The notes beneath the pieces are model-generated. The model searched no databases and was not told where the DNA came from. It worked only from the letters and a program-made list of their open reading frames with translations. The position numbers were made by a program, and so were the translations under genes. A stretch of DNA of 64,000 nucleotides, from the sequence record ON287375.1; one strand, written 5' to 3'. This document shows positions 1-8,005 of this stretch, one piece after another. How positions within the stretch are numbered: position 1 is the stretch's first letter; each line of letters begins with the position of its first letter.

Positions 1-1
1 G

Positions 2-613
2 CTTAATCAGGTTAATGAATCCATTTTGGATTATTCAGCCGATGGGATCCATCCAGAACTCCCTCGTACTCTGGTTATGGGGATTAGTCGTCTGTTCACT
101 AAGGAAAGTGTAGGTGAAGTAGGAATTAAAATGGGTGTCTATGATTTCACTTTCATACGTGAGCCGGCGCCTGGTTATTGCTTCATTGAAGTTGGACTGG
201 AAGACACTGTCGTTTATTCAACCAGACATGTTTCCATTATCGAAACCTATAAGGGTATTGCTAATCTGTCTTTACCATCTGTTTATTCTTCTCAATGGGT
301 ACAGGACCCAATGGAATTCATTAATGAATACATTGGAGATAATTTCAAAGAAAGTGTGGTAGATGAATTGATTAAGATTCGCGATGAGAATCTTGCCAAA
401 GTCATTTACAATAATTCAACTAAAGGGTTGACAGTACGAGCCATCGGTAAAGAAATCGAAGGTAGAGTTTACCATAAGGTTGAATTCTCCTTTGATAATC
501 TGATCTACACTTCTTCTCGTTTGTTTGATCTTACAAACCTGAAACCAATCACTAAACCAGTTAAAGAACCAAAGGGTTTCTTAACTCGTCTGCTTTCTGC
601 TTTCTCCTGGTAA
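2..613 (+). CDS. hypothetical protein, 5'-partial
   Basis: Frame is open from position 2 (LNQVNESILDYSAD...), so the start lies upstream of the window; ends TAA at 611-613, followed by a hairpin. Confidence 0.75.
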   Translation, partial: LNQVNESILDYSADGIHPELPRTLVMGISRLFTKESVGEVGIKMGVYDFTFIREPAPGYCFIEVGLEDTVVYSTRHVSIIETYKGIANLSLPSVYSSQWVQDPMEFINEYIGDNFKESVVDELIKIRDENLAKVIYNNSTKGLTVRAIGKEIEGRVYHKVEFSFDNLIYTSSRLFDLTNLKPITKPVKEPKGFLTRLLSAFSW

Positions 614-620
614 TATAATT

Positions 621-648
621 CCTAACACTTCCGCAAGGGAGTGTTAGG
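621..648 (+). terminator. hairpin, probable intrinsic terminator
   Basis: cctaacacttcc-GCAA-gggagtgttagg, 12-bp stem with a GNRA loop directly after a stop codon. Confidence 0.75.
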
Positions 649-693
649 GTTATTATCATACTTTTATTTTTGCACTTGAATATAAGTTTAAGC

Positions 694-713
694 AGATATT
701 ATCAAAGTGTATA
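694..713 (+). promoter_or_regulatory. putative early phage promoter, copy 1 of 8
   Basis: agatattatcaaagtgtata; the same motif recurs upstream of 8 plus-strand operons and resembles the phiKZ early TATATTAC-type element. Confidence 0.65.
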
Positions 714-755
714 TGAAATACAATTTTTCAATCAACTTATAGAAGGAATGAGATT

Positions 756-1490
756 ATGTTTAATCAAGCAACTATCGAACAACTGGGTTTCTATGTTTAC
801 TCTCTGACTGATCCACGTACCAATAAAGTTTTCTACATTGGTAAGGGTTGTGGTCAACGTATCTTTATGCATGTTCAAGATGCACTTAAAGATTCTCGTA
901 AATCTGACAAGCTCGATCTGATTCGTGAAATTCACGCTGCCGGCCTGGAAGTGGAACATTGTGTTATTCGTCATGGCATGTCTGAAGAATCTGCTTTTGA
1001 AGTAGAAGCGGCTATGATTGATTTCCATCCAGAACTTACCAATGCAGTAAAAGGTCATGGTGTATACCGTGGTCCTCAATCAGCTCAAGAGCTGGATATC
1101 AAATATGCCGCTGAAGAAGCAAACCTTGATGGCGTTAAGGTAATGATTATCAAGATCAATAAAAGCTTCGGTAAGCTTAGCACATGGGACGCTACGCGAT
1201 TCTCTTGGGTGGTCAACCCAACTATTGCAATGCAAGCTGATATCGTCTTAGGTGTCGCTAACGGCATTATCCGTGGTGTATATGTACCTGAGAAATGGGT
1301 CAAGTCCATTGAAGAGGAAGAACCAGAACTCTTCCGTTATCATAATGTTACTCAGAAGAATCAAGAAAACCGTAAAGTACTTGTTGGCCATGAAGCTCCA
1401 GCAGAAATGCAGGAACGTTTCCTGAACAAACAGATCCCAGCAAAATACTCTATGAAAGGTTCAATGAACTCATTCCGTTATAACTTCTAA
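756..1490 (+). CDS. GIY-YIG nuclease, LEM-3/ANKLE1-like bacterial family
   Basis: FYVYSLTDPRTNKVFYIGKGCGQRIFMH motif and later AFEVEAAMID; SD agaagga upstream. Confidence 0.8.
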   Translation: MFNQATIEQLGFYVYSLTDPRTNKVFYIGKGCGQRIFMHVQDALKDSRKSDKLDLIREIHAAGLEVEHCVIRHGMSEESAFEVEAAMIDFHPELTNAVKGHGVYRGPQSAQELDIKYAAEEANLDGVKVMIIKINKSFGKLSTWDATRFSWVVNPTIAMQADIVLGVANGIIRGVYVPEKWVKSIEEEEPELFRYHNVTQKNQENRKVLVGHEAPAEMQERFLNKQIPAKYSMKGSMNSFRYNF

Positions 1491-1504
1491 CAAAGAGCTA
1501 TCCC

Positions 1505-1783
1505 ATGTCCATGTGCTCAACACAAAACACTGACGTTATCCTAAACGCATTGTTGCCTGTTGTGATTTCCCAACTCAACAAACGACTGAAGACAATGACG
1601 TCTAAGGATTTCTGCAAACAGAATCACATTAGTCCATCAACTATTTCCCGCCTACGTAATTGTGGCGGGTTAAATATTTCACTAGATACGGTAATAGGTA
1701 TCTATCTCAAGCTTGGAGGAGAACTGGCAGTTATCGGCTCTCTAAATGGCGAAACAATTAACGCAAACTTTAGAAGGAAATAA
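1505..1783 (+). CDS. XRE-like helix-turn-helix protein
   Basis: TSKDFCKQNHISPSTISRLRNCG-LNISLDTV HTH pattern. Confidence 0.65.
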   Translation: MSMCSTQNTDVILNALLPVVISQLNKRLKTMTSKDFCKQNHISPSTISRLRNCGGLNISLDTVIGIYLKLGGELAVIGSLNGETINANFRRK

Positions 1784-1786
1784 ATC

Positions 1787-2152
1787 ATGAGCAAATACAA
1801 TAACGGTTCCGTATTGAAAGCTAAAAATCTGTTGGTATCTCGTTTGTCTTACATCATTCAGTGTAAACTTGAATACACTAGTCAGCGAGTACTGGCAGAT
1901 CGCATTGGAATGAGCGCTAACATCATTTCAAAGGTTAAACGTCAAATTCATAAGGGTGTTAGTTTCGATGCCCTACTGGAGCTTGCACGTCGTCTGGATG
2001 TCAGTCTGAAACTTTACATTGAAGTCAATGGACTGAAAGATGACAGTGTTGCAATTGAATTGGGTGCCGTACCGGTGGTTCAAAAAGAAAATGGGTTTAA
2101 TGTTTGGACTCATGAAACTGTTTACCAACCGGCATCCCGTACTAAACACTAA
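1787..2152 (+). CDS. XRE-like helix-turn-helix protein
   Basis: SQRVLADRIGMSANIISKVKRQ...VSFDALLELARRL HTH pattern; SD agaagga. Confidence 0.75.
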   Translation: MSKYNNGSVLKAKNLLVSRLSYIIQCKLEYTSQRVLADRIGMSANIISKVKRQIHKGVSFDALLELARRLDVSLKLYIEVNGLKDDSVAIELGAVPVVQKENGFNVWTHETVYQPASRTKH

Positions 2153-2179
2153 TCTCAACTAACTTAGAAGGAATTCCAA

Positions 2180-3160
2180 ATGTCTCGTAAAAAGAAAATC
2201 ACTGGCGGTAATCCAGCTAAACGTATGGTTGTTGTTAAACACCCAAAAGCTGTGGGTGACGATATCCCAATGCCACCACAGGTTGAAACCTTCAACTTCT
2301 ATGCAGCCGATGAACTGATCAAAGATGAAGAACATCTGGGGATGAACTATTCCCCGTTCATCACTGGTGTATCAGTTCCATTCACTGGCTGGCGTTTAAA
2401 GCAAAACCATGTGCTTAAACTGAAAACTGGTGAAGTTACTCGCGGGCGACCAAATGCCGATGCTTGGTATTTGGAAGATGGTCGTACGGTGTATGATCCA
2501 GAAGTAGCAACTATCGCATTGATCCCCGATGGTCTGGATCGGAAGTACTCATTCACAGGTGAAGATCGCCTCGTTCGCGACATTGAGATGTTCGGTACTC
2601 GCTACCCGGTTTATTGTGGTGAGACTTTCTATCACTTATCACAAATCCCTGAAGATAAGAAGTTAGTCATTCTGGGTGCCTGGGCCTATAAGTATCGTTC
2701 CGGTGACAAATTCAAAATCATTCCTGTTACCGGCATGATCGTGGACAAAGATGATGCGCGTCCTGGTCTCGATGAATTGATGAAGTATGAAGAAGCCGAT
2801 GTGAATCTATTCTGGCGTGATGAAGATTGTCGTTTACTTAACAATGAAGAGTTGATTGTTAAGATTCGTCAGTATAAAAACCTGATGAAGATCAAAAACG
2901 AACAACCTGAAGATTATGCTAAAGCAGAAGCCCTGGTTATCAAGCACGGTATTCCAGAAGCTAAACGCGGTATCTACATTCCTTACTTCGCTTCTCAGCC
3001 TGAAGATAAGGTACTGGAAGTTTATTCCATGATTGAAAGACCTCTGGGTAATGAGCAAGTTTTCCGCAACCCATTGGCTGGTGCGGCTAAATCTCAGCGC
3101 AGTCCATACATCATGGGTAATCATGCCTACGTTCAAGGTAAAATCTTCGAAAACGTTTAA
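2180..3160 (+). CDS. hypothetical protein, 326 aa, basic N-terminus
   Basis: Long ORF, SD agaagga, phage-like codon use. Confidence 0.85.
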   Translation: MSRKKKITGGNPAKRMVVVKHPKAVGDDIPMPPQVETFNFYAADELIKDEEHLGMNYSPFITGVSVPFTGWRLKQNHVLKLKTGEVTRGRPNADAWYLEDGRTVYDPEVATIALIPDGLDRKYSFTGEDRLVRDIEMFGTRYPVYCGETFYHLSQIPEDKKLVILGAWAYKYRSGDKFKIIPVTGMIVDKDDARPGLDELMKYEEADVNLFWRDEDCRLLNNEELIVKIRQYKNLMKIKNEQPEDYAKAEALVIKHGIPEAKRGIYIPYFASQPEDKVLEVYSMIERPLGNEQVFRNPLAGAAKSQRSPYIMGNHAYVQGKIFENV

Positions 3161-3169
3161 GGAGCAAAC

Positions 3170-3529
3170 ATGAAAGGTATTTCAACCAGAGGTCGTTCCC
3201 AAGTTAACCTTAGCGGCTCTCTACAGGTCGCTGTTGATAACAGTTATGTTAAAGGTCTGGTTATCGAGCGTTTGAAGAAAGTTTATCCTGATGTCAACCA
3301 GCGCGTATTTGGTGGTATCATTGATTGGCTTGCCAGCAAGGAATCTGAAACTCAACGTGATGACGTGTTTAGGGAATATGTTCGCATGGCTATGTATGAA
3401 GTAGTCAAGCTCATTCATCCTAATACCGCATTAGCCCTTTCCACCAATTTCTCTATTCTCCACGATATCGTCGTAGAGTTCTTAGAAGAACGTGATGCCA
3501 AAATTGCAGCTTACAGAGGAAACAAGTAA
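3170..3529 (+). CDS. hypothetical protein
   Basis: SD aaggag, operon spacing. Confidence 0.85.
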   Translation: MKGISTRGRSQVNLSGSLQVAVDNSYVKGLVIERLKKVYPDVNQRVFGGIIDWLASKESETQRDDVFREYVRMAMYEVVKLIHPNTALALSTNFSILHDIVVEFLEERDAKIAAYRGNK

Positions 3530-4224
3530 TGAACGATCGCATGAAGAAACTGTTTGAAGAATGTCGCCAGCTGGCTAAAGATAAAAACATCAACATCGTG
3601 ATCCCTCGTAGTTTACAGACTGTTGATCATGTTGAGATTGATGGTATCAAATATCTCAATGCTGACAAGATTTCTTTCAATGTTGTTAAAGGTCGTGTTG
3701 TGAATGGTGAATTCAAATACCACCTTGAACCAGGTACGCCAATGGCTCGTTTGAAAGAAATGAATATCCCTAATGATGCATTTCAGAATTTCCGTCTGAA
3801 TGCCGTTGCTGGATTGGTTAACCATGGTATTTCAATCGATGAACAAATGAAATCTTTGGCTGACCGTATTCAAGCAGCATCAGGTAACTGGCTGAAGTTT
3901 ATTCCTACCCCAGCTGAGATCACACCAGTCTATGCGGATTACTTCAAACTCTATTTAACCAAAGCGGTCTACAATGGGTTTGTTGTAGCTCATGTCCCTA
4001 CTCTGGCGTTCAAGCTGACACTAGCGTTAGAAGAACGTATTCAGGCGGTTACTGACCTCTACCTGGAAAAGAATCGCAGTCATGCTGCAGTGGCTAATAG
4101 CACTGTGTATGTTTGCTACGATACAGTCAAAACTCTGGTTAGACATGTTGTAACTGATGAACCGTTCGATCCTAATGATCTGTTCTTCACTATCATGCCT
4201 GGTGTAGCTATCAGTCTGTCTTAA
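3529..4224 (+). CDS. hypothetical protein
   Basis: TAATG stop/start overlap with the previous gene. Confidence 0.85.
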   Translation: MNDRMKKLFEECRQLAKDKNINIVIPRSLQTVDHVEIDGIKYLNADKISFNVVKGRVVNGEFKYHLEPGTPMARLKEMNIPNDAFQNFRLNAVAGLVNHGISIDEQMKSLADRIQAASGNWLKFIPTPAEITPVYADYFKLYLTKAVYNGFVVAHVPTLAFKLTLALEERIQAVTDLYLEKNRSHAAVANSTVYVCYDTVKTLVRHVVTDEPFDPNDLFFTIMPGVAISLS

Positions 4225-4232
4225 TAACCTTT

Positions 4233-4252
4233 AGAGGAGATATTTCTCCTCT
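4233..4252 (+). terminator. hairpin, probable terminator
   Basis: agaggaga-tatt-tctcctct perfect 8-bp stem after a stop codon. Confidence 0.55.
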
Positions 4253-4288
4253 AATTAAATTATCCAACCAAATATAGAGAGAAAGAAA

Positions 4289-5068
4289 ATGGAAATTAAA
4301 TTAGATGTAGGTAAACTGGGTGAAGTGAACGCCAATGGCCGTGTGTACCCCACTCATGAAGAACTTCGTCAGAAAAGACTAGAAGAGGTGGCTACTTTCA
4401 ATAGTCGCTACGGCGCAAGGAACTCGCAAGAAGCTATCGATAAGGGACTACTCACTGTAGAACAACTTCTTCAGTGGGATGACATTTTCCCTGAGATTAA
4501 ATATCCAGAAGAAGTTGAAGCTGACTATACTGATGGAACTTACCTTACCCCAGCTCAGGCATTCTGTTGCAACATCTCAGTATTCATAGAGGACAAGGGT
4601 TGGCTGCATCCTCGACACTGGCGGTTCAATCACAGGAACGGGACTATTGTATTCCTCTGCCACGATAAGCTGGTCGATGAGAAGATCACCATGAATGTGA
4701 GTGTGCGTTCCAGCATCCTGGCACGTCGTTATATGTCTAAGTTTGATCGCGAAGGTTTGGTGGGTGGTATTCGTCGTGGTGTGATGAATATCGTTGACGC
4801 AACTACTGATGCGTGCAAGACCAAAGTTGCAATTATTGGCGGTGGTATTGGATATGCCCATATTAGTAAAAAGCTTGCTGGGTTGAATGGTTTACAGATC
4901 ACCGGATACAAGAAAGAGATGATGTTTAATTCTGCTTTCATCGAAGGAGTTCATCAGTTTGAAGATGATCGTCCAGTAACTGTTCGCGGCAATGGTCGCC
5001 AGAAATTGGTTGATAATGGCAAAGGTAAATCCTGGCCAGAAGCTCGTACTCGTAAAGGACGTAAATAA
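4289..5068 (+). CDS. hypothetical protein, 259 aa
   Basis: tatagagagaaa leader; N-terminal GEVNANGRVYP; basic C-terminus. Confidence 0.85.
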   Translation: MEIKLDVGKLGEVNANGRVYPTHEELRQKRLEEVATFNSRYGARNSQEAIDKGLLTVEQLLQWDDIFPEIKYPEEVEADYTDGTYLTPAQAFCCNISVFIEDKGWLHPRHWRFNHRNGTIVFLCHDKLVDEKITMNVSVRSSILARRYMSKFDREGLVGGIRRGVMNIVDATTDACKTKVAIIGGGIGYAHISKKLAGLNGLQITGYKKEMMFNSAFIEGVHQFEDDRPVTVRGNGRQKLVDNGKGKSWPEARTRKGRK

Positions 5069-5355
5069 TGAAATGGTTATCGTTCCCCTTAGTGTTTTTC
5101 TGTTCTATGTTACTCAATGCTTGTTGGGTACCTGAAAGTGTCAATCTCCCTGACGATCAAATTGTCACTGTGCTGGAACTGCGCGGTTATCACGACATCG
5201 TGTTGGAGAAGACTGTTCAAAACTTAGGTGAAGGGATCTTTGGTCCTTGCCGAACTTTCCGAGCGGTATCTCCTAATGACGAAGTAGTCAAAGGAGGCTA
5301 TTGTACTCCCCAGTACATGGAACAGACTATCAACATAACTTATCGGGGTAAGTGA
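5068..5355 (+). CDS. putative lipoprotein, small Cys-pair envelope family
   Basis: MKW + hydrophobic stretch + lipobox LLNAC; TAATG coupling. Confidence 0.75.
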   Translation: MKWLSFPLVFFCSMLLNACWVPESVNLPDDQIVTVLELRGYHDIVLEKTVQNLGEGIFGPCRTFRAVSPNDEVVKGGYCTPQYMEQTINITYRGK

Positions 5356-5579
5356 TGTGTCATTTTCGTTTGATGTCCATATTCGCAAGTTTAATTGCAA
5401 TATGTGTCAGTGCATTTGGTATGTATGAGTATGTCACCGACGGTCCCGATGTTATTCACGAACCCATGGGCTTAATTCTATTCACTTTGCTCTTTGCGGT
5501 TGGAGTATTCGGATTCATATATGGGGTATTCGAAAAGCAATTGGATCGTTTATTCCCTTCTCCTGATAAGTGGTTTTAA
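5352..5579 (+). CDS. small membrane protein, 2 TM
   Basis: Two hydrophobic segments; overlaps the previous stop. Confidence 0.7.
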   Translation: MMCHFRLMSIFASLIAICVSAFGMYEYVTDGPDVIHEPMGLILFTLLFAVGVFGFIYGVFEKQLDRLFPSPDKWF

Positions 5580-5581
5580 TT

Positions 5582-5803
5582 ATGTTAAATTTCATGGGTA
5601 AGTATTGTTCTGGTATCTTGGCTCTAGTTTATTCGATCTTAGCCTTATCTACAGTAGGTGGGTTCATTATCCATCCTGGTATGAGTAAGTTTGATAAACT
5701 AACTGGGTTTATCGTTATTGTCTTTACCGCGATCATGGCTTGGTGGTTTGCTCTCCAACAAGTTAAACAAAATCGTTTATGTAAAGAAGGTAAACTGAAA
5801 TGA
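5582..5803 (+). CDS. small membrane protein, 2 TM
   Basis: Two hydrophobic segments; start taken at ATG 5582 (uncertain). Confidence 0.65.
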   Translation: MLNFMGKYCSGILALVYSILALSTVGGFIIHPGMSKFDKLTGFIVIVFTAIMAWWFALQQVKQNRLCKEGKLK

Positions 5804-6141
5804 CAGAATCTGTAAAGGCAAATAGGGCAGCTCAAAAGGTGGCTAATACAGTTGCCGCCATCCGTGAGACTGAAGGACTTCTTAATAAACTTCAACTGCT
5901 CTGTGAATTTGGTGAGTTTAATAAGAGTAAGTTAAAATCTCTTTCTAAACGCCGGTTAAAGATCGCGATTAAACGCTCGACTCGGTATTATGATACCAGG
6001 ACTGGTAAGCTAGTAAATTGTAAGTACCGTCATCTCCCTCATATTGAACGCATTCCTATAGTGTTTTCATATGTTGAGAAAGTAGGGAAACCATTCTCGA
6101 ATCTCATGGATGCCTGGGTTTCTGAAGTATTAAAAGGATAA
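5800..6141 (+). CDS. hypothetical basic protein
   Basis: ATGA overlap with the previous gene. Confidence 0.75.
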   Translation: MTESVKANRAAQKVANTVAAIRETEGLLNKLQLLCEFGEFNKSKLKSLSKRRLKIAIKRSTRYYDTRTGKLVNCKYRHLPHIERIPIVFSYVEKVGKPFSNLMDAWVSEVLKG

Positions 6142-6145
6142 ACAA

Positions 6146-6331
6146 ATGTTCGAAGGTTTAATTATCAACATTATCATTATTTCCACACTGTTCATTATGT
6201 TTGGTTTAATGAACATTATTGAAGGTCAAAGGGTTCTTCGCCTCTATTGGGATAATAAACCCAAGTTAGAGAAAGAGATCAAAAAGGTTAAGCAATCTCT
6301 GTGGGTTAATTTATTACCTATGCGGGTGTAA
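6146..6331 (+). CDS. small membrane protein, 1 TM
   Basis: SD aagga; N-terminal hydrophobic helix. Confidence 0.65.
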   Translation: MFEGLIINIIIISTLFIMFGLMNIIEGQRVLRLYWDNKPKLEKEIKKVKQSLWVNLLPMRV

Positions 6332-6394
6332 TTATACTTCACCTGTATACTAGCGATGCCCTCTCCTGGTAATTCTTTGTTAAAGGAGAATACC

Positions 6395-6535
6395 ATGCCA
6401 AGTTCATCTGAAAAACAAGCTAAGTTTATGCGTGCTGTTGCTCACTCCCCTGAGTTTGCCAAGAAAGTTGGTGTACCTCAGTCAGTGGGTAAGGAGTTTA
6501 ATGACGCTGACAAAGCACAAGAAAAGAAAAAGTAA
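6395..6535 (+). CDS. 46-aa small protein, not in the ORF track
   Basis: SD aaggag, MPSSSEKQAKFMRAVAHSPEFAKKVGVPQSVGKEFNDADKAQEKKK*, followed by a terminator. Confidence 0.85.
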   Translation: MPSSSEKQAKFMRAVAHSPEFAKKVGVPQSVGKEFNDADKAQEKKK

Positions 6536-6543
6536 ACCCTAAT

Positions 6544-6573
6544 AGAGAACCTACCTTAACCGGTAGGTTCTCT
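6544..6573 (+). terminator. hairpin terminator
   Basis: agagaacctacc-ttaacc-ggtaggttctct; stem near-identical to 14678-14708. Confidence 0.75.
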
Positions 6574-6596
6574 TAAACTATAGAAGGTAATAAAAT

Positions 6597-6959
6597 ATGC
6601 GTGCTAATAAATACTTGCCAGAATCTATCAATGCCAATGAAATTGATTGGACAGGGGCTAAGAACCTTGATTTGAGAACCGCAACTCTGGAAGTCAAGAA
6701 TGGGTTGGCTAAATTGATCATTGCAGGTCACGCCTTCCATTTTGAAAAGATCCCCATGCCTATCGACTGGGCTGGTTTCCAATATGGGATCAAGGATCGA
6801 GAACCGCAGCCTATTCCCCGTGACACGGAATACACCCTTGAAGGGTATCTCGATTCTCGCAGCTTTGGGGGTAATAAATTTATCATTAACTTTATTACTG
6901 ATGATCCCAAAGAACGTCCATTTGTTATCCGTGTAGGAGAAATTAATGCCGGGGCTTAA
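6597..6959 (+). CDS. hypothetical protein
   Basis: tatagaagg leader and ORF. Confidence 0.8.
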   Translation: MRANKYLPESINANEIDWTGAKNLDLRTATLEVKNGLAKLIIAGHAFHFEKIPMPIDWAGFQYGIKDREPQPIPRDTEYTLEGYLDSRSFGGNKFIINFITDDPKERPFVIRVGEINAGA

Positions 6960-7236
6960 ATATAATAAACTCACTTGGATGTTCATAGGAGCAGGATTGT
7001 GTGCAGTGGTTCTGGTAGCCTTTGCAATGTCTTGGTTGGAGAACGAACCTAAACGTAAACTGGAGAGTTTAGGTTATCAACAGGTTCATGTCACCGGACA
7101 AGTTCCTGGTTGTAAAGATGGTCGTGGTTATTTGTTTAATGCCACGGGACCAACTGGAGGATACCGTAATGGTGTCTTGTGTATTTACAGTGATCACATT
7201 GCTGTAACCATCGTTAATAAACGCACTTTTAATTAA
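6946..7236 (+). CDS. membrane-anchored small Cys-pair envelope protein
   Basis: SD aggag; N-terminal TM then LESLGY..V..TG..PGC...F.ATG..G...GVLC. Confidence 0.8.
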   Translation: MPGLKYNKLTWMFIGAGLCAVVLVAFAMSWLENEPKRKLESLGYQQVHVTGQVPGCKDGRGYLFNATGPTGGYRNGVLCIYSDHIAVTIVNKRTFN

Positions 7237-7248
7237 AAGGAATGGAAA

Positions 7249-7704
7249 ATGTTTAAAGCAATCTTAAATGGCGTCAAATGGTTCTTCGGTCAACCTGAAG
7301 ATGAAAAACAGAAACTGGCTCGTAAGCACCGTCATGTTACTTATAACCCGGCCACTAAAACTGGTCCTGTTAAAGTACGTGGTATCCCAGCCATTCCTGA
7401 TGAAGGGAAAGGTATCAAAGACAGCTATATGAAACTGGTTCAAATGGCAGATGTGGACGAAGCTATGGTGATCGAAGAAGCCAAGAGCCGTATTCTGATT
7501 CCACTGGATTTCTCTGACCGTCATATCGAACATGCTCTACAATGCTGCGGGTTCCAGAAAGAACCTAAGCGTAGCGGTGGTGTTGCTTTTGATCCTCGTC
7601 TGATTCAGGCAGTTAAGCTGAGTGTTAACATGTATTCTACTGGTGTTCATACTCGCGTTGAAGAACTGCAAAAGAAACTGGAAGATGCACTGAAAGAAGA
7701 GTAA
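7249..7704 (+). CDS. hypothetical protein
   Basis: SD aagga, ORF. Confidence 0.85.
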   Translation: MFKAILNGVKWFFGQPEDEKQKLARKHRHVTYNPATKTGPVKVRGIPAIPDEGKGIKDSYMKLVQMADVDEAMVIEEAKSRILIPLDFSDRHIEHALQCCGFQKEPKRSGGVAFDPRLIQAVKLSVNMYSTGVHTRVEELQKKLEDALKEE

Positions 7705-7736
7705 TAACTACTCTCGTTAAAGTAAACTAAAATATG

Positions 7737-7766
7737 AATCAGGTGTCCAGAAATGGATGCCTGATT
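7737..7766 (+). terminator. hairpin terminator
   Basis: aatcaggtgtcca-GAAA-tggatgcctgatt, GNRA loop, T-rich tail. Confidence 0.7.
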
Positions 7767-7786
7767 ATTAATTAGGTATTTTATTT

Positions 7787-8005
7787 ATGTTGAAAAAGTT
7801 AGTAGTTGGGGAAACTTATCTGAATGAATCAGGTATCCCATTTAAGGTATTTGGTATCGGACTTTACGGTAAGAACTATCGTACTGAGATGGTGCTACAT
7901 CAGAACCTGGAGACTACTGATGTTTTACCTGAGATGTTCACCCCTTGTGTTCTTACCAAGAAACAATTCATGAAAACTTTTAAAGAGGTTCCAGTAAATG
8001 ACTAA
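7787..8005 (+). CDS. hypothetical protein, DUF1653-like pattern
   Basis: GETYLNESGIPFKVFGIG...EMVLHQNL...KKQFMKTFKEV resembles the DUF1653 pattern. Confidence 0.6.
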   Translation: MLKKLVVGETYLNESGIPFKVFGIGLYGKNYRTEMVLHQNLETTDVLPEMFTPCVLTKKQFMKTFKEVPVND

